64,000 nt of DNA from a bacterium (GCA_021786295.1 JAJYNO010000033.1:1775-65774); one strand, 5' to 3'; counted from the first letter of the stretch, positions 1 through 9,406 are shown. The notes: generated by a model not told the origin, from the letters alone. Program-made: numbers and translations.

Positions 1-101
1 AATAATGAGAAAAATCGGCTCGAACTTCTTTTTGGGCGGGCAAAAAATAAAATTAAAATTTAATTTTCCGTCGGAGCAGGTGCGGGAGTTGCGGCAGGCG
101 G

Positions 102-124
102 CGGGCTTCGGAAAGCCCGGTTTT
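102..124 (+). terminator. Rho-independent terminator-like hairpin, presumably for a gene upstream of the window
   Basis: 7-bp stem CGGGCTT/AAGCCCG (102-108 / 113-119), loop CGGA, then G plus TTTT (120-124). Confidence 0.35.
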
Positions 125-139
125 GAGACTTCAGAAATT

Positions 140-216
140 TGGCGCCCCCTACGGGATTCGAACCCGTGATCTCTGCCTTGAAAGGGCAATGTCCTAGGCC
201 GCTAGACGAAGGGGGC
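140..216 (-). tRNA. tRNA-Glu (anticodon UUC), CCA encoded
   Basis: Reverse complement reads GCCCCCTTCGTCTAGCGGCCTAGGACATTGCCCTTTCAAGGCAGAGATCACGGGTTCGAATCCCGTAGGGGGCGCCA. It has a 7-bp acceptor stem, anticodon loop CTTTCAA and a GTTCGAATC T-loop, and closely resembles E. coli tRNA-Glu. Confidence 0.92.
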
Positions 217-339
217 GCGAAAACTTGTCTGTCAAAAAGCCGGTCAGAAACCGCTCTTATATTGTAAAATGTGATTTTATCAGTTTCCCGTCGTTAGTGT
301 CAAACTTGGCGATTTGCGGGGAGGCGTCTGGCCCCGGGG

Positions 340-1302
340 GTGAATATGAGCGAAACGGATCAGAAGCCTGCGCAGAGTCCCGCCGGAGGAGCGGGCGGAC
401 AACCGCCTCAAGCTCCTCAGGCACCGCAAAAGAACGGTCAGCCGGCACCGGAGCCTCAGGAGGCCCTTAACCGGGAGCTGGCGCGGCTTCGCGCCGGCAA
501 CAGGAGGCTCAAGGTCGTCTCGGGAGTGCTGGGGACCATCTTCGTCCTCGCGGCGGCTGCCGGCTACATGGTCTACCGCAAGATCGTTTCCGTGGCCGAG
601 CCGATGGCCGGCGCTTTCCAGGCCTTCCAGGAGCAGCCGGCTCCCCTCTCCGGGAGCGCCCAGGGGTCTCTTCCGGGCATGCCCGGAATGCCCGGCGGGC
701 AGATGGCGCAGCCGCCCGGCTCTTCCTCCCCCGGCACCTCCTCGCTGGGCTTGTTTTCCGGCGGGCTGCCCGCCTCGGGGACTGACGCGTCCGGGGTGGA
801 CCCGGCTGTCGCCAAGGCCAACGCGCAGAGGGCGATGCTCGCCCTCGGCAAATACATGAAGCGTCCAGTGGTAAAGCGGTTCCTGGCCGACCTGAGGCGC
901 GATCCGTCCGTGGCGGCGGCCCTGGGGAATCAAAAGAACGTCAACCCTATGGCTTTGATCTCGGCCGTGCGCGGTTCCCGCTATCTGAATTCTCTCATCA
1001 TGAAGTACTCGACCGACCCGGCTTTTATCAAGACCATGACCGATATCGCCTCAGATCCGGACATAAGGGCGATCGCCGGCTCACTGCCTCCGGGCGTAGT
1101 GCCGCAGTTCCCCGGCGCCCCCGGGGCCGCGCCCCAGGCCGTGGCGCGCCCGATGGACGCGCAGCCGGACTCCTCCCCGCAGGACGGGGGCGGCCCGGAG
1201 TACGACGGGGGGATGACGGTGGACCAGTCCGAGCTGGGCGGCACCTCGTCCGAGCCCTCCCAGGAAAGCAAGGGCGTTCCTTCCCCGGTTGACAGCCAAT
1301 AG
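340..1302 (+). CDS. Hypothetical Pro/Gly/Ala-rich protein with one N-proximal transmembrane helix
   Basis: 320-aa ORF. It has a low-complexity N-terminus (QPPQAPQAPQ), a TM segment VVSGVLGTIFVLAAAAGYMVY, PGMPGMPGG repeats and a more globular middle part. I recognise no family. Confidence 0.55.
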   Translation: MNMSETDQKPAQSPAGGAGGQPPQAPQAPQKNGQPAPEPQEALNRELARLRAGNRRLKVVSGVLGTIFVLAAAAGYMVYRKIVSVAEPMAGAFQAFQEQPAPLSGSAQGSLPGMPGMPGGQMAQPPGSSSPGTSSLGLFSGGLPASGTDASGVDPAVAKANAQRAMLALGKYMKRPVVKRFLADLRRDPSVAAALGNQKNVNPMALISAVRGSRYLNSLIMKYSTDPAFIKTMTDIASDPDIRAIAGSLPPGVVPQFPGAPGAAPQAVARPMDAQPDSSPQDGGGPEYDGGMTVDQSELGGTSSEPSQESKGVPSPVDSQ

Positions 1303-1324
1303 AATTATTAGTTTTAATGATATA

Positions 1325-2305
1325 ATGCTTCGCAGATTCACGGCGCGGCTGTTCAAAAGCGCCGCCAGGCCGGTAAGTATCTTCGTCATTCCCCATAACG
1401 GAATGCCTTCGGTGCGGTTCAACCTGCCAGTAGCGCTGCTGTTCGTCATGGGCGCGGCCTGGACCGGCGTCACGGTCTGGGCCGGCTATATAGCAGGCAG
1501 GCACTTCGATTACTACGTTACCAAGGCCGACAACAAGATACTGCGGACCAAGATGGCCTACATCTCGACCGAGGTGGAGCAGGGCCTGGCCTACCTGGAC
1601 CAGACCAAGCGCACGGACAGCCAGCTGCGCAAGGTGCTGGGCATGGACCCCACCGTCTACGACGGCGACGACGGCATAGGCGGCCCGCAGAAGTCCGACA
1701 TAGCGGATTTCCGCCGCATGCTGGCCGCCAAAGCCTCCGAGATAAAAGAGGAGTCGCTCAACAATTCCATAGAACGGATGCAGGAGGAATCCCGCCGCCG
1801 CCTTTCCAGCTACAACGAGATAGCCCTCTACCTGGCCGACCGCCATAACGGCGCCCGCGCCACGCCCTCCATCTGGCCCGCGCAGGGGCGCATCACCTCG
1901 CCGTTCGGTTACCGCATACATCCGCTCACGCACGCAGTGGAGTACCACAGCGGCGTGGACATCGCCAACGCGGCCGGCACGCCGATACACGCCACCGCCG
2001 ACGGCATGGTCCGCCACGCCGGCTGGGTGCACGGCTACGGCATGTGCGTGGTGCTGGACCACGGCTTCGGCTATTCCACCCTTTACGGGCACATGAGCGA
2101 GATCCTGGTGAAGGAGGGGCAGCGCGTCCGCCGCGGGGACGTGATCGGGCGCATGGGCTCCACAGGCACCTCCACCGGCAACCACGTCCATTACGAGGTC
2201 TGGACCAGCGGCGTGCCGCGCAACCCGGTCCCCTATCTCGACGGGGAGAAAGACGCGGCCGGCGGGATGGCCGGTCTTTTCAACGGGATATTCAGCGGCC
2301 TGTGA
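1325..2305 (+). CDS. M23 family (LytM-type) metallopeptidase, membrane anchored
   Basis: HSGVD (HxxxD) and HVHYEV (HxH) zinc motifs and the GSTGTSTGNHVHYE signature. N-terminal IPHNG...TM segment typical of this family. The start was chosen at the in-frame ATG at 1325, after the stop of the upstream gene; the ORF itself opens at 1289. Confidence 0.85.
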   Translation: MLRRFTARLFKSAARPVSIFVIPHNGMPSVRFNLPVALLFVMGAAWTGVTVWAGYIAGRHFDYYVTKADNKILRTKMAYISTEVEQGLAYLDQTKRTDSQLRKVLGMDPTVYDGDDGIGGPQKSDIADFRRMLAAKASEIKEESLNNSIERMQEESRRRLSSYNEIALYLADRHNGARATPSIWPAQGRITSPFGYRIHPLTHAVEYHSGVDIANAAGTPIHATADGMVRHAGWVHGYGMCVVLDHGFGYSTLYGHMSEILVKEGQRVRRGDVIGRMGSTGTSTGNHVHYEVWTSGVPRNPVPYLDGEKDAAGGMAGLFNGIFSGL

Positions 2306-2321
2306 GGGAGGGGTACAGATT

Positions 2322-2747
2322 ATGGCTATGTTCAAGGGCAACAACATAAGTTTTGAGAGCAAGAACGGCGACACGCTCATCGGCGCCGAGGCCTATTTCC
2401 AGGGCACGCTCACGGCGAAGGGGTCGCTGCGCGTGGACGGCCGCATAGACGGTTCCATCGTCGACGCCAAGATCGTCACGGTAGGCAAGACCGGCAAGAT
2501 CAAGGGCGACATCTCCTGCGAGATCTGCTATCTCAGCGGGGAGGTCAAGGGCAACGTAATAGCGCTGGAGCACATCGAAGTGCTTTCCGGCGCGCGCCTG
2601 GACGGCGATATCCGCTCTCCGCGCATCATGCTGGAGGACGGGGCTATTTTCAACGGCAACTGCGTCATGGGCAAGCCGGAAAAGAAACAGGCGGAGCAGC
2701 CGCAGGGGCGGCCCGCCAACGACAAGACAGAGGCTAAACAGCAATGA
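2322..2747 (+). CDS. Bactofilin (polymer-forming cytoskeletal protein, DUF583)
   Basis: 141 aa with the repetitive beta-helix pattern (G.L.V.G...G.I, e.g. GSLRVDGRIDGSIV, GKIKGDISCEICYLSGEVKGNV, GARLDGDIRSPRIMLEDGAIFNGNC) and a charged C-terminal tail. Confidence 0.85.
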   Translation: MAMFKGNNISFESKNGDTLIGAEAYFQGTLTAKGSLRVDGRIDGSIVDAKIVTVGKTGKIKGDISCEICYLSGEVKGNVIALEHIEVLSGARLDGDIRSPRIMLEDGAIFNGNCVMGKPEKKQAEQPQGRPANDKTEAKQQ

Positions 2748-3445
2748 TATCATTCTTCTCAAAGCATCGCCGCGTAGTTTTCATCGCCACGGTGGCCGTT
2801 TTCCTGGTCGGCGTCTTCGTGGGCCTGGGCGCCTACGTCTTCACCGGGGCCTCCTCGTCCGGGGCCGTGGCCGACGTCGGAGGCACGAAGATCCCGTACC
2901 AGCGCTTCCTGAGCCAGGTGAACCGCGTGACCGACAGTATGCGCGCCTCGGGCACCGAGGTCAACGAGATCATAACCAAGAGCATCAAGCAGGAAGTCTT
3001 CCGCGAGATGGTCATAGAGGAGCTGCTGGCCCAGCAGGCCAGGAAGATGGGAATGGACGTGACCGACTTCGAGGTCGCCATGGAGGTGCAGAACACGCCG
3101 CAGTTCCAGGAGGGCGGCGTCTTCAGCCCCCGCGCCTACTACCAGACCGTTTACGACAAGTTCCAGATGACGCCGCAGCAGTACGAGGCGTGGCGGAAGA
3201 AGGCCAGGCTTGCCTCCAAGTTCAAGCAGTTCCTCTTCAACACCGTCAAGGTGACGCCGCAGGAGGTCAAGGCCGCCTACCTCGCCAAGAACAAGAGCCT
3301 GAAGAATTTCGACAAGGACAAGGCCTCCTTCGAGCAGCAGCTGGCGCAGGCCAAGTTCTCCGACGTCGCCAACTACCTGCTCAGGCAGCTCACCACGCAG
3401 GAGGAGATCAAGAGTTACCTGGCGCTGCGGGAACAGGGGCGCTAA
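2744..3445 (+). CDS. Membrane-anchored SurA-N/PpiD-like chaperone-domain protein (no PPIase domain seen)
   Basis: 233 aa with an N-terminal TM (VVFIATVAVFLVGVFVGLGAYVF) followed by a helical region resembling the SurA N-terminal domain. It overlaps the bactofilin stop by 4 nt. Confidence 0.4.
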   Translation: MISFFSKHRRVVFIATVAVFLVGVFVGLGAYVFTGASSSGAVADVGGTKIPYQRFLSQVNRVTDSMRASGTEVNEIITKSIKQEVFREMVIEELLAQQARKMGMDVTDFEVAMEVQNTPQFQEGGVFSPRAYYQTVYDKFQMTPQQYEAWRKKARLASKFKQFLFNTVKVTPQEVKAAYLAKNKSLKNFDKDKASFEQQLAQAKFSDVANYLLRQLTTQEEIKSYLALREQGR

Positions 3446-3465
3446 CGCCTCCCGGCGGGACGATC

Positions 3466-3502
3466 GCACAGACCGGCCCCCGGGCGGTCTGTGCAGTTTT
3501 TT
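3466..3502 (+). terminator. Rho-independent terminator
   Basis: 10-bp perfect stem GCACAGACCG/CGGTCTGTGC (3466-3475 / 3485-3494) followed by AG TTTTTT (3495-3502), 20 nt after the stop at 3445. Confidence 0.75.
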
Positions 3503-3512
3503 GTAGAGACGC

Positions 3513-4241
<729 letters not shown>

Positions 4242-4253
4242 CGGCCGCCTCCC

Positions 4254-5921
4254 ATGCTCCCCGTCCTGCTCAAACGCAAAGCTTCCACCTTCCGGAACGC
4301 GCTGCTGTCCCTGCGCGGCTGGAAACTGATAAAGAACCTGATGTTCGCCGGCGTCGGGCTGTCCATGCTGGCCCTGCTCTACGCCGGGTTCTGGCGGCTG
4401 CTCGACTACCTGGAGGGGGTGGAGCTGATAGGCCCGATGCTGTCCTGGAAACTGACCTCCATGGTGCTGCTGATGACCTTCACCATGGTCATCGTGTCGT
4501 CGATCATCATCTCGATGACGACGCTGTACTACTCCTTCGACCTGAAGTTCCTTTTTTCCTGCCCGCTGGACCTGCGCTCCATCTTCATGGACAAGGCGCT
4601 GGAGACCGTTTTCTACTCGTCGTGGACGCTGCTGCTGGCCGTGCTCCCCTATATCGTGGCGCTGGGGCGCGTGAAGGGCCTGGACGCCGGGTTCTACGCG
4701 GTCTACCTCTTCCTGATGGGCCCCTTCGTGCTGCTGGCCGGGGCCTTCGGCATCCTGTTCAGCATGCTGGTGATGTACTGCTTCCCGTCGTCGCGCACGC
4801 GCGACGTCACGTGGCTCCTGGGCAGCCTGTCCGTCGCCTTCGTCTACGTCGTGTTCCGCTTCTCCAGGCCGGAAAAGCTGCTGCGGCCCGACTCGCTGCA
4901 GATAGTGGCGCAGTACATCCAGTACCTGCAGTCCCCGACCGCGCCGTACATGCCGTCGTGGTGGGTCACCAAGGCCATGGTGGCCTATTCCGCCGGGCAC
5001 TGGGCGGCCTTCGCCTCCGCCTCCGGAGTGCTGTTCGGGGCCGCGGCGGTCCTTTATTTCCTGATCTACGCCCTTTCGGGGCGCCTCTACATGCGCGGCT
5101 TCAGCGGCGCGCAGTCCTCCCCGCGTTTCCGCGGCTCCCGCCGCCTGCTGCCGGAGCAGCGGCTGGCGCTTCGCTTCCCGGCCCTGCGCCGCACGCTGAC
5201 GCTCTACTGGAAGGACCGCCTCACGCTGGCGCGCGACGCCCGCTACTGGTCGCAGGTCATCCTGATAGCGGCCCTGATGGCCGTCTACCTTTTCAGCATC
5301 CGCCAGCTGCCGCTGGACACGCCCGACCTCAAGAGCCTGATCTCGTTCCTTAACGTAGGGGTGGCCGGTTTCGTCATGGCCGCCATCGGCCTGCGCTTCA
5401 CCTTTCCCGCGGTCAGCCTGGAGGGTAACAGCTACTGGCTGCTCAGGTCCGCCCCGCTCGGCACCGCCGCAGTCATGCGCGAGAAGCTGTACGTCTCGCT
5501 CTTCCCTTCCGTGCTGATAGGCGTCGTGCTGATAACGGTCTCGAACTATCTTCTGCGCGCCGACCTCTTCGTCTCGCTGCTCTCCACCTTCACGATCGCG
5601 GTGGTGGCCGTGGGCGTGACCGTGATGGGGATAGGCTTCGGCGCCATCTTCCCGGATTTTAACGTCGAGAACATTCACCAGCTGGAGTCCTCCTACGGCG
5701 GCTTCCTGTACATGGCCTGCGCCATGGGCTACCTTTCGCTGGTGGTGGCCACGGAGGCCTGGCCCGTGCAGATGCATTTCGCCGAGAGGCTGGGCCGGCG
5801 CGACCCGTGGGACGCGCGTGCGCTGCTCCTGTGCGCGGCGACTTTCGCGGCCGTCAACGCGGCCGCCTTCTACATCCCGTGGAAGGCCGGCCTGAGGAAT
5901 CTCGAAAGGCATGATATCTAG
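4254..5921 (+). CDS. Polytopic membrane protein, putative permease partner of the ABC ATPase (putative ABC-exporter type)
   Basis: 555 aa with many hydrophobic helices, located directly downstream of the ATPase gene. Confidence 0.55.
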   Translation: MLPVLLKRKASTFRNALLSLRGWKLIKNLMFAGVGLSMLALLYAGFWRLLDYLEGVELIGPMLSWKLTSMVLLMTFTMVIVSSIIISMTTLYYSFDLKFLFSCPLDLRSIFMDKALETVFYSSWTLLLAVLPYIVALGRVKGLDAGFYAVYLFLMGPFVLLAGAFGILFSMLVMYCFPSSRTRDVTWLLGSLSVAFVYVVFRFSRPEKLLRPDSLQIVAQYIQYLQSPTAPYMPSWWVTKAMVAYSAGHWAAFASASGVLFGAAAVLYFLIYALSGRLYMRGFSGAQSSPRFRGSRRLLPEQRLALRFPALRRTLTLYWKDRLTLARDARYWSQVILIAALMAVYLFSIRQLPLDTPDLKSLISFLNVGVAGFVMAAIGLRFTFPAVSLEGNSYWLLRSAPLGTAAVMREKLYVSLFPSVLIGVVLITVSNYLLRADLFVSLLSTFTIAVVAVGVTVMGIGFGAIFPDFNVENIHQLESSYGGFLYMACAMGYLSLVVATEAWPVQMHFAERLGRRDPWDARALLLCAATFAAVNAAAFYIPWKAGLRNLERHDI

Positions 5922-5933
5922 AGAGGTGTACCT

Positions 5934-6677
5934 ATGAAAAGAACGTTATTCTCCGCGCTCGCCCTCGTGCTGCTGGCCGCCGGGCCGGCCCCGGCCGCTC
6001 AGCGCCCCGCGCCGCAGCGGCACGCCCCGCGCGATTTCTACGCCGACGGCAGCCCCAGAAAGCCGGAGTTCGCGCTGACCTTCGACGACGGTCCCGGCTA
6101 CATCACCGAGGACCTGCTGAAGCTGCTGGCCAAGCGCGGCGTAAAGGCCACGTTCTTCATGATCGGCTACTCCGTCCGTGCGTACCCGCAGCGCGCCCGG
6201 GACGTGGCCGCCGCCGGCAACCTGGTCGGCAGCCACACGGACACGCACGAGAACTGGTACGCGCTGGAGAAGAAGGGGAAAAGTCAGGCGTGGCTCAAAC
6301 AGGAATTCCGCAAGGAACTGGACCGCGCCGCCGCCTCCATAGAGAAGGCCGCCGGCGTGCGTCCGAGGTTCCTGCGCATGCCCAACGGCTACTGCCGCGG
6401 CTGGGCCCGCAAGGAAGCCGCCTCGATGGGCTACACGATGGTCAACTGGAGCTACGGCAGCGACTGGACCCGCAAGCCGGAGGCCCAGATGACTGCGGAG
6501 TACCTGAAGGCCCTGCGTCCCGGCGCCATCCTGCTGATGCACGACGGCGGGGGGAAGAACCGTGAGAAGACCCTGCGCATAGTCGCCGCGGTCCTCGACG
6601 AAGCTCAAAAGAAGGGCCTAAAGCCTGTCCGCCTGGACGAGCTGCTAGGTCTGCAAGAGCCGTCAGCCAAGCGCTAA
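5934..6677 (+). CDS. Secreted polysaccharide deacetylase (NodB homology domain, CE4)
   Basis: Signal peptide MKRTLFSALALVLLAAGPAPAA plus the NodB motifs TFDDGP, SHTDTH, LRMPNGY and LLMHDG. Confidence 0.85.
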   Translation: MKRTLFSALALVLLAAGPAPAAQRPAPQRHAPRDFYADGSPRKPEFALTFDDGPGYITEDLLKLLAKRGVKATFFMIGYSVRAYPQRARDVAAAGNLVGSHTDTHENWYALEKKGKSQAWLKQEFRKELDRAAASIEKAAGVRPRFLRMPNGYCRGWARKEAASMGYTMVNWSYGSDWTRKPEAQMTAEYLKALRPGAILLMHDGGGKNREKTLRIVAAVLDEAQKKGLKPVRLDELLGLQEPSAKR

Positions 6678-6712
6678 TTTAGTAAAATAGTCAGGCCGGG
6701 ACCTCCGGCTAA

Positions 6713-6797
6713 GGGCGAGTGGCGGAACTGGCAGACGCGCAGGTCTCAAAAACCTGTGGTCCTCTGGATCATGAGGGTTCGAGCCCCTCCTCGCCCA
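6713..6797 (+). tRNA. tRNA-Leu (anticodon CAA), type II with long variable arm, CCA not encoded
   Basis: GGGCGAG acceptor paired with CTCGCCC, anticodon stem CAGGT/ACCTG with loop CTCAAAA, long variable arm, T-arm AGGGTTCGAGCCCCT. Confidence 0.9.
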
Positions 6798-6814
6798 TGA
6801 AAACGTAAAAAGGT

Positions 6815-6864
6815 AAAAAGGGGACAGGCTACTTTTTCGCTAAAAAGTAGCCTGTCCCCTTTTT
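6815..6864. repeat. REPIN-like inverted doublet of the GGGGACAGGCTACTTTT unit; bidirectional terminator shape
   Basis: AAAAAGGGGACAGGCTACTTTTT-CGCT-AAAAAGTAGCCTGTCCCCTTTTT. It forms a perfect stem of about 23 bp between convergent tRNA-Leu (+) and the AI-2E permease gene (-). Confidence 0.9.
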
Positions 6865-7936
6865 ATGTATAGGGGATGCTGATGCGGGTGGGCTGGGGGG
6901 GGGGCTTCCAGCGGAATTCGGTCTCCTGCAGCTCCACGGCTATCTGCAGGATCTCCTTGACGATGCAGGTCACCGGGATGGAGAAGACGACTCCCCAGAT
7001 CCCGCCTATCTCGCCGCCGGCCATCAGGGCCAGCAGGATGATCGCGGGGTTGAGCTTCACGGCCTTCTTCATGATATAGGGCTGCAGGAACCAGTCGTCG
7101 AAGAAGCGCACTCCGGTGAAGAAGGCCAGCACCTTCAGTATAGGCATCAGCGCGCCGAACTGCAGATACGCGACTATGGAGGCCAGTATCCCGCCCACTA
7201 TCGCCCCCATGTAGGGCACCAGGCTCGAGACGCCGATGACTATGGCTATCACCGCCGAGTAGTTCAGGTCCATCAGCAGCAGCCCGGCGAAAGAGATCAG
7301 GAAGATGACGAAGGCCTCGGTGACCACGCCGCGCAGGTAGTTGCCCAGCGAACCGTCTATGCGCGAGGCTATGTGCAGCACCAGCTCCGAATGGCGCGCC
7401 GGGATATGGTCCAGCAGGTAATCGATGATGCCGGCCCCGCCCAGCAGCATGAAGAAGGTGATGAACGGGACTATGAACAGCAGCGTCAGCGCCGGGATCA
7501 GCGAGACCAGGAACGACGGGACCAGTTCAAGCAGGTGCCCTAGCTTCTCCTCAAGGCGCAGCGAAGCCAGGAACGGGTAGCTGTGCACAAGCCGCGCGTT
7601 CAGCCCGGTGACGTAAAGCTGCAGCCGGTCGGCGTAGGCGGGCCAGGACTGCTGCATGGACTCTATCTCGAACGGCAGAAAGTGCAGCAGCAGATAGACT
7701 ACAACGAAGATCATCGTGCCCGCGCCCATGTAGAGCCCGGCCACCGCGTAGGAGCGCCGGATGCCGCGCACCTCGAAATAGCGTATCACCGGGCTGGTTA
7801 TGTAGGCCAGCGCCGCGCTCAGGACGAACGGGAAGATGGCGCCCTTGGCCAGGACTATGAAATAGATCAGCGCCACCGCCATGAAGGCCGGCAGCAGGAA
7901 CTGCGTATAATTGGTCTTCTGCGCGGGCTCCGGCAT
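6863..7936 (-). CDS. AI-2E family transporter (PerM/UPF0118-type permease)
   Basis: 357 aa with about 8 TM helices. The N-terminal pattern FPFVLSAALAYITSPVIRYFE and overall architecture are typical of the family. Confidence 0.75.
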   Translation of the reverse strand: MPEPAQKTNYTQFLLPAFMAVALIYFIVLAKGAIFPFVLSAALAYITSPVIRYFEVRGIRRSYAVAGLYMGAGTMIFVVVYLLLHFLPFEIESMQQSWPAYADRLQLYVTGLNARLVHSYPFLASLRLEEKLGHLLELVPSFLVSLIPALTLLFIVPFITFFMLLGGAGIIDYLLDHIPARHSELVLHIASRIDGSLGNYLRGVVTEAFVIFLISFAGLLLMDLNYSAVIAIVIGVSSLVPYMGAIVGGILASIVAYLQFGALMPILKVLAFFTGVRFFDDWFLQPYIMKKAVKLNPAIILLALMAGGEIGGIWGVVFSIPVTCIVKEILQIAVELQETEFRWKPPPQPTRISIPYT

Positions 7937-8425
7937 CTATTTCTCCGGCTTCTCCATGAACGCCCGCAGGCGGGCTGAAAGGACCTTTGCCAGCTGCGAG
8001 GCTATCTTCACTCCGATCTTCGGCCGCGCGAACAGCAGCGAATCCAGCTTTATCTTGAAGAGCATGAAGACCCTGGTCTCCTCCACGGCGTGGGCCGAGG
8101 CTGTCCTCGGCATCTCTTCCAGCAGCGCCATCTCGCCGAAGAACTCGCCCGGGTGGACCTCGGCGATCACCTCGTCCTTCTGCGTCACCGGGTCGAAGCG
8201 CGCCAGCGCTATCTTGCCGGAGAGGACTATGAACAGCGCCCGGCCGATGTCGCCCTGAGCGAAGATGGTCTCTCCTTTCAGATAGGTCCGCTCCTGCAGG
8301 CTCTCCAGAACGTGGATCAGGTTGCGCCGGCCTATCCCCTCAAAAAGGCTTATCCCCTTGAGAAAGTTCAGTTTACGCAGGATCTCCTCGTCGTAGATCT
8401 GGTTGAGTATGCTGAGAAACCCCAT
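7937..8425 (-). CDS. Stand-alone cyclic-nucleotide-binding domain protein
   Basis: 162 aa with the cNMP-binding signature GEFFGEMALLEEMPRTASAHAVEETRVF. There is no HTH or other output domain. Confidence 0.8.
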   Translation of the reverse strand: MGFLSILNQIYDEEILRKLNFLKGISLFEGIGRRNLIHVLESLQERTYLKGETIFAQGDIGRALFIVLSGKIALARFDPVTQKDEVIAEVHPGEFFGEMALLEEMPRTASAHAVEETRVFMLFKIKLDSLLFARPKIGVKIASQLAKVLSARLRAFMEKPEK

Positions 8426-8677
8426 TTATTCCTTTGAGAAAAGCCCGTAGACGGCCTTCGCCACCCTGAACCAGCCGTTGCTCACGGCGCTGGACACTCC
8501 TTTCACCGCGCCGATCACCGGGTCCAGGGCGGTGAGCTTCCCGTCGGCGTTCAGCGCCAGGTACTCCACGGCGCGCGCCGTGTGGCGCACCTGCTGCAGC
8601 GTCAGTACGGCCTGCACAACCAGCGCCACGAACGCCAGCGTCACTATTATCGCGCAAACTGTGAGTATGGTTTCCAT
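8426..8677 (-). CDS. Small membrane-anchored protein, DUF948-like
   Basis: 83 aa with an N-terminal TM (ILTVCAIIVTLAFVALVVQAV) then a helical region. GGAGGA Shine-Dalgarno 8-13 nt upstream on the minus strand. The stop abuts the start of the cNMP gene. Confidence 0.45.
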   Translation of the reverse strand: METILTVCAIIVTLAFVALVVQAVLTLQQVRHTARAVEYLALNADGKLTALDPVIGAVKGVSSAVSNGWFRVAKAVYGLFSKE

Positions 8678-8727
8678 ATAGGTCCCTTATCCTCCAGACT
8701 CCCCGTTCAGTGCAAGTATATAAAATT

Positions 8728-9318
8728 TTATAGGGAGATGCCGGGCGGGCCGGCGTGCGGGGAATGGGCCGACGTGAAAACGCGGTCGCCCAGTACCGCG
8801 TCGCGGTTCTTGGCGAACGGGCGCCAGAACTTGCCCGGCACCGGTTCGGCCATCAGGGCCCGGTATTTCTCCAGCGCCGCGGCCGGGTCCTTGTCAAGGA
8901 ACCCCAGCACCATGTCCCTGTCGGCGGGCCCCCCTGCCTTGCCGGCGTACTGCGCCGCGCTGGACCAGGGGTAGTCCTCGGGCGCGGCCGCCAGACCGGC
9001 CTTCACGGGCTCGAGGTGGATGAAGCGCGCCAGGTGCGCGGCGTAGCGCTCCGGCTGCAGCAGCTTGTACTTGCACCGGCCGGCAAGGTAGCCCGGCAGG
9101 CCGCCGGCCCGGAACTCCGCCATCACGCTCCTCAGGTCCGCCCCCGGCGTGACGAAGTAGAGCAGGGCGCGGCCGGGCAGCAGCGCGTAGGCCGGCAGCT
9201 TCAGGCCGTGCCTGGCGGCGGCCTCGCGAGCCAGGCGCAGGTAGCCGTCGCGCTCCTGGCCGCCGGCCAGAGCCGCGCCTCCGTCGGTCACAAGGCAGTG
9301 GGCGCCGGGGAAGAACAT
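8728..9318 (-). CDS. Degenerate RAYT / IS200-like (COG1943) transposase homologue lacking the HUH motif
   Basis: Aligns with the intact paralogue at 21533-22234 and with the family consensus (FIHLEPVKAGLAAAPEDYPWSS versus the typical YIHLNPVRAGLV..PEDY.WSS). However, YCLMPNHFHLL is replaced by YALLPGRALLYF and GHIWQGRYK by GYLAGRCKYK. Confidence 0.6.
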   Translation of the reverse strand: MFFPGAHCLVTDGGAALAGGQERDGYLRLAREAAARHGLKLPAYALLPGRALLYFVTPGADLRSVMAEFRAGGLPGYLAGRCKYKLLQPERYAAHLARFIHLEPVKAGLAAAPEDYPWSSAAQYAGKAGGPADRDMVLGFLDKDPAAALEKYRALMAEPVPGKFWRPFAKNRDAVLGDRVFTSAHSPHAGPPGISL

Positions 9319-9369
9319 CCCCTTATTCTAGCACATGGCGGGCCGCCGGGCGGGGGGCGCCCGGGTTTT

Positions 9370-9378
9370 TGATATAAT
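9370..9378 (+). promoter_or_regulatory. Extended -10 promoter element for ileS
   Basis: TGATATAAT (TGnTATAAT) 29 nt upstream of the ileS ATG, in an otherwise GC-rich spacer. Confidence 0.5.
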
Positions 9379-9406
9379 TATCTATTATTTCAGGCGAGGA
9401 ACAGCG

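Noticed and set aside
225-933. ORFs 225..470 (+), 257..448 (-) and 280..933 (-) near the tRNA-Glu / first-gene promoter region
   Set aside because: They overlap the better-supported ORF at 340..1302 or the intergenic promoter region, have no motifs, and have low-complexity Arg/Gly/Pro composition.
9346-9370. Terminator-shaped hairpin (CCGGGCG-GGGGG-CGCCCGG plus G TTTTT) directly upstream of the ileS -10 box, considered as a T-box or attenuator leader
   Set aside because: It lies upstream of the putative -10 element rather than between the promoter and the ATG. The remaining leader is only about 25 nt and has no T-box features. More likely it insulates ileS from transcription entering out of the divergent region.
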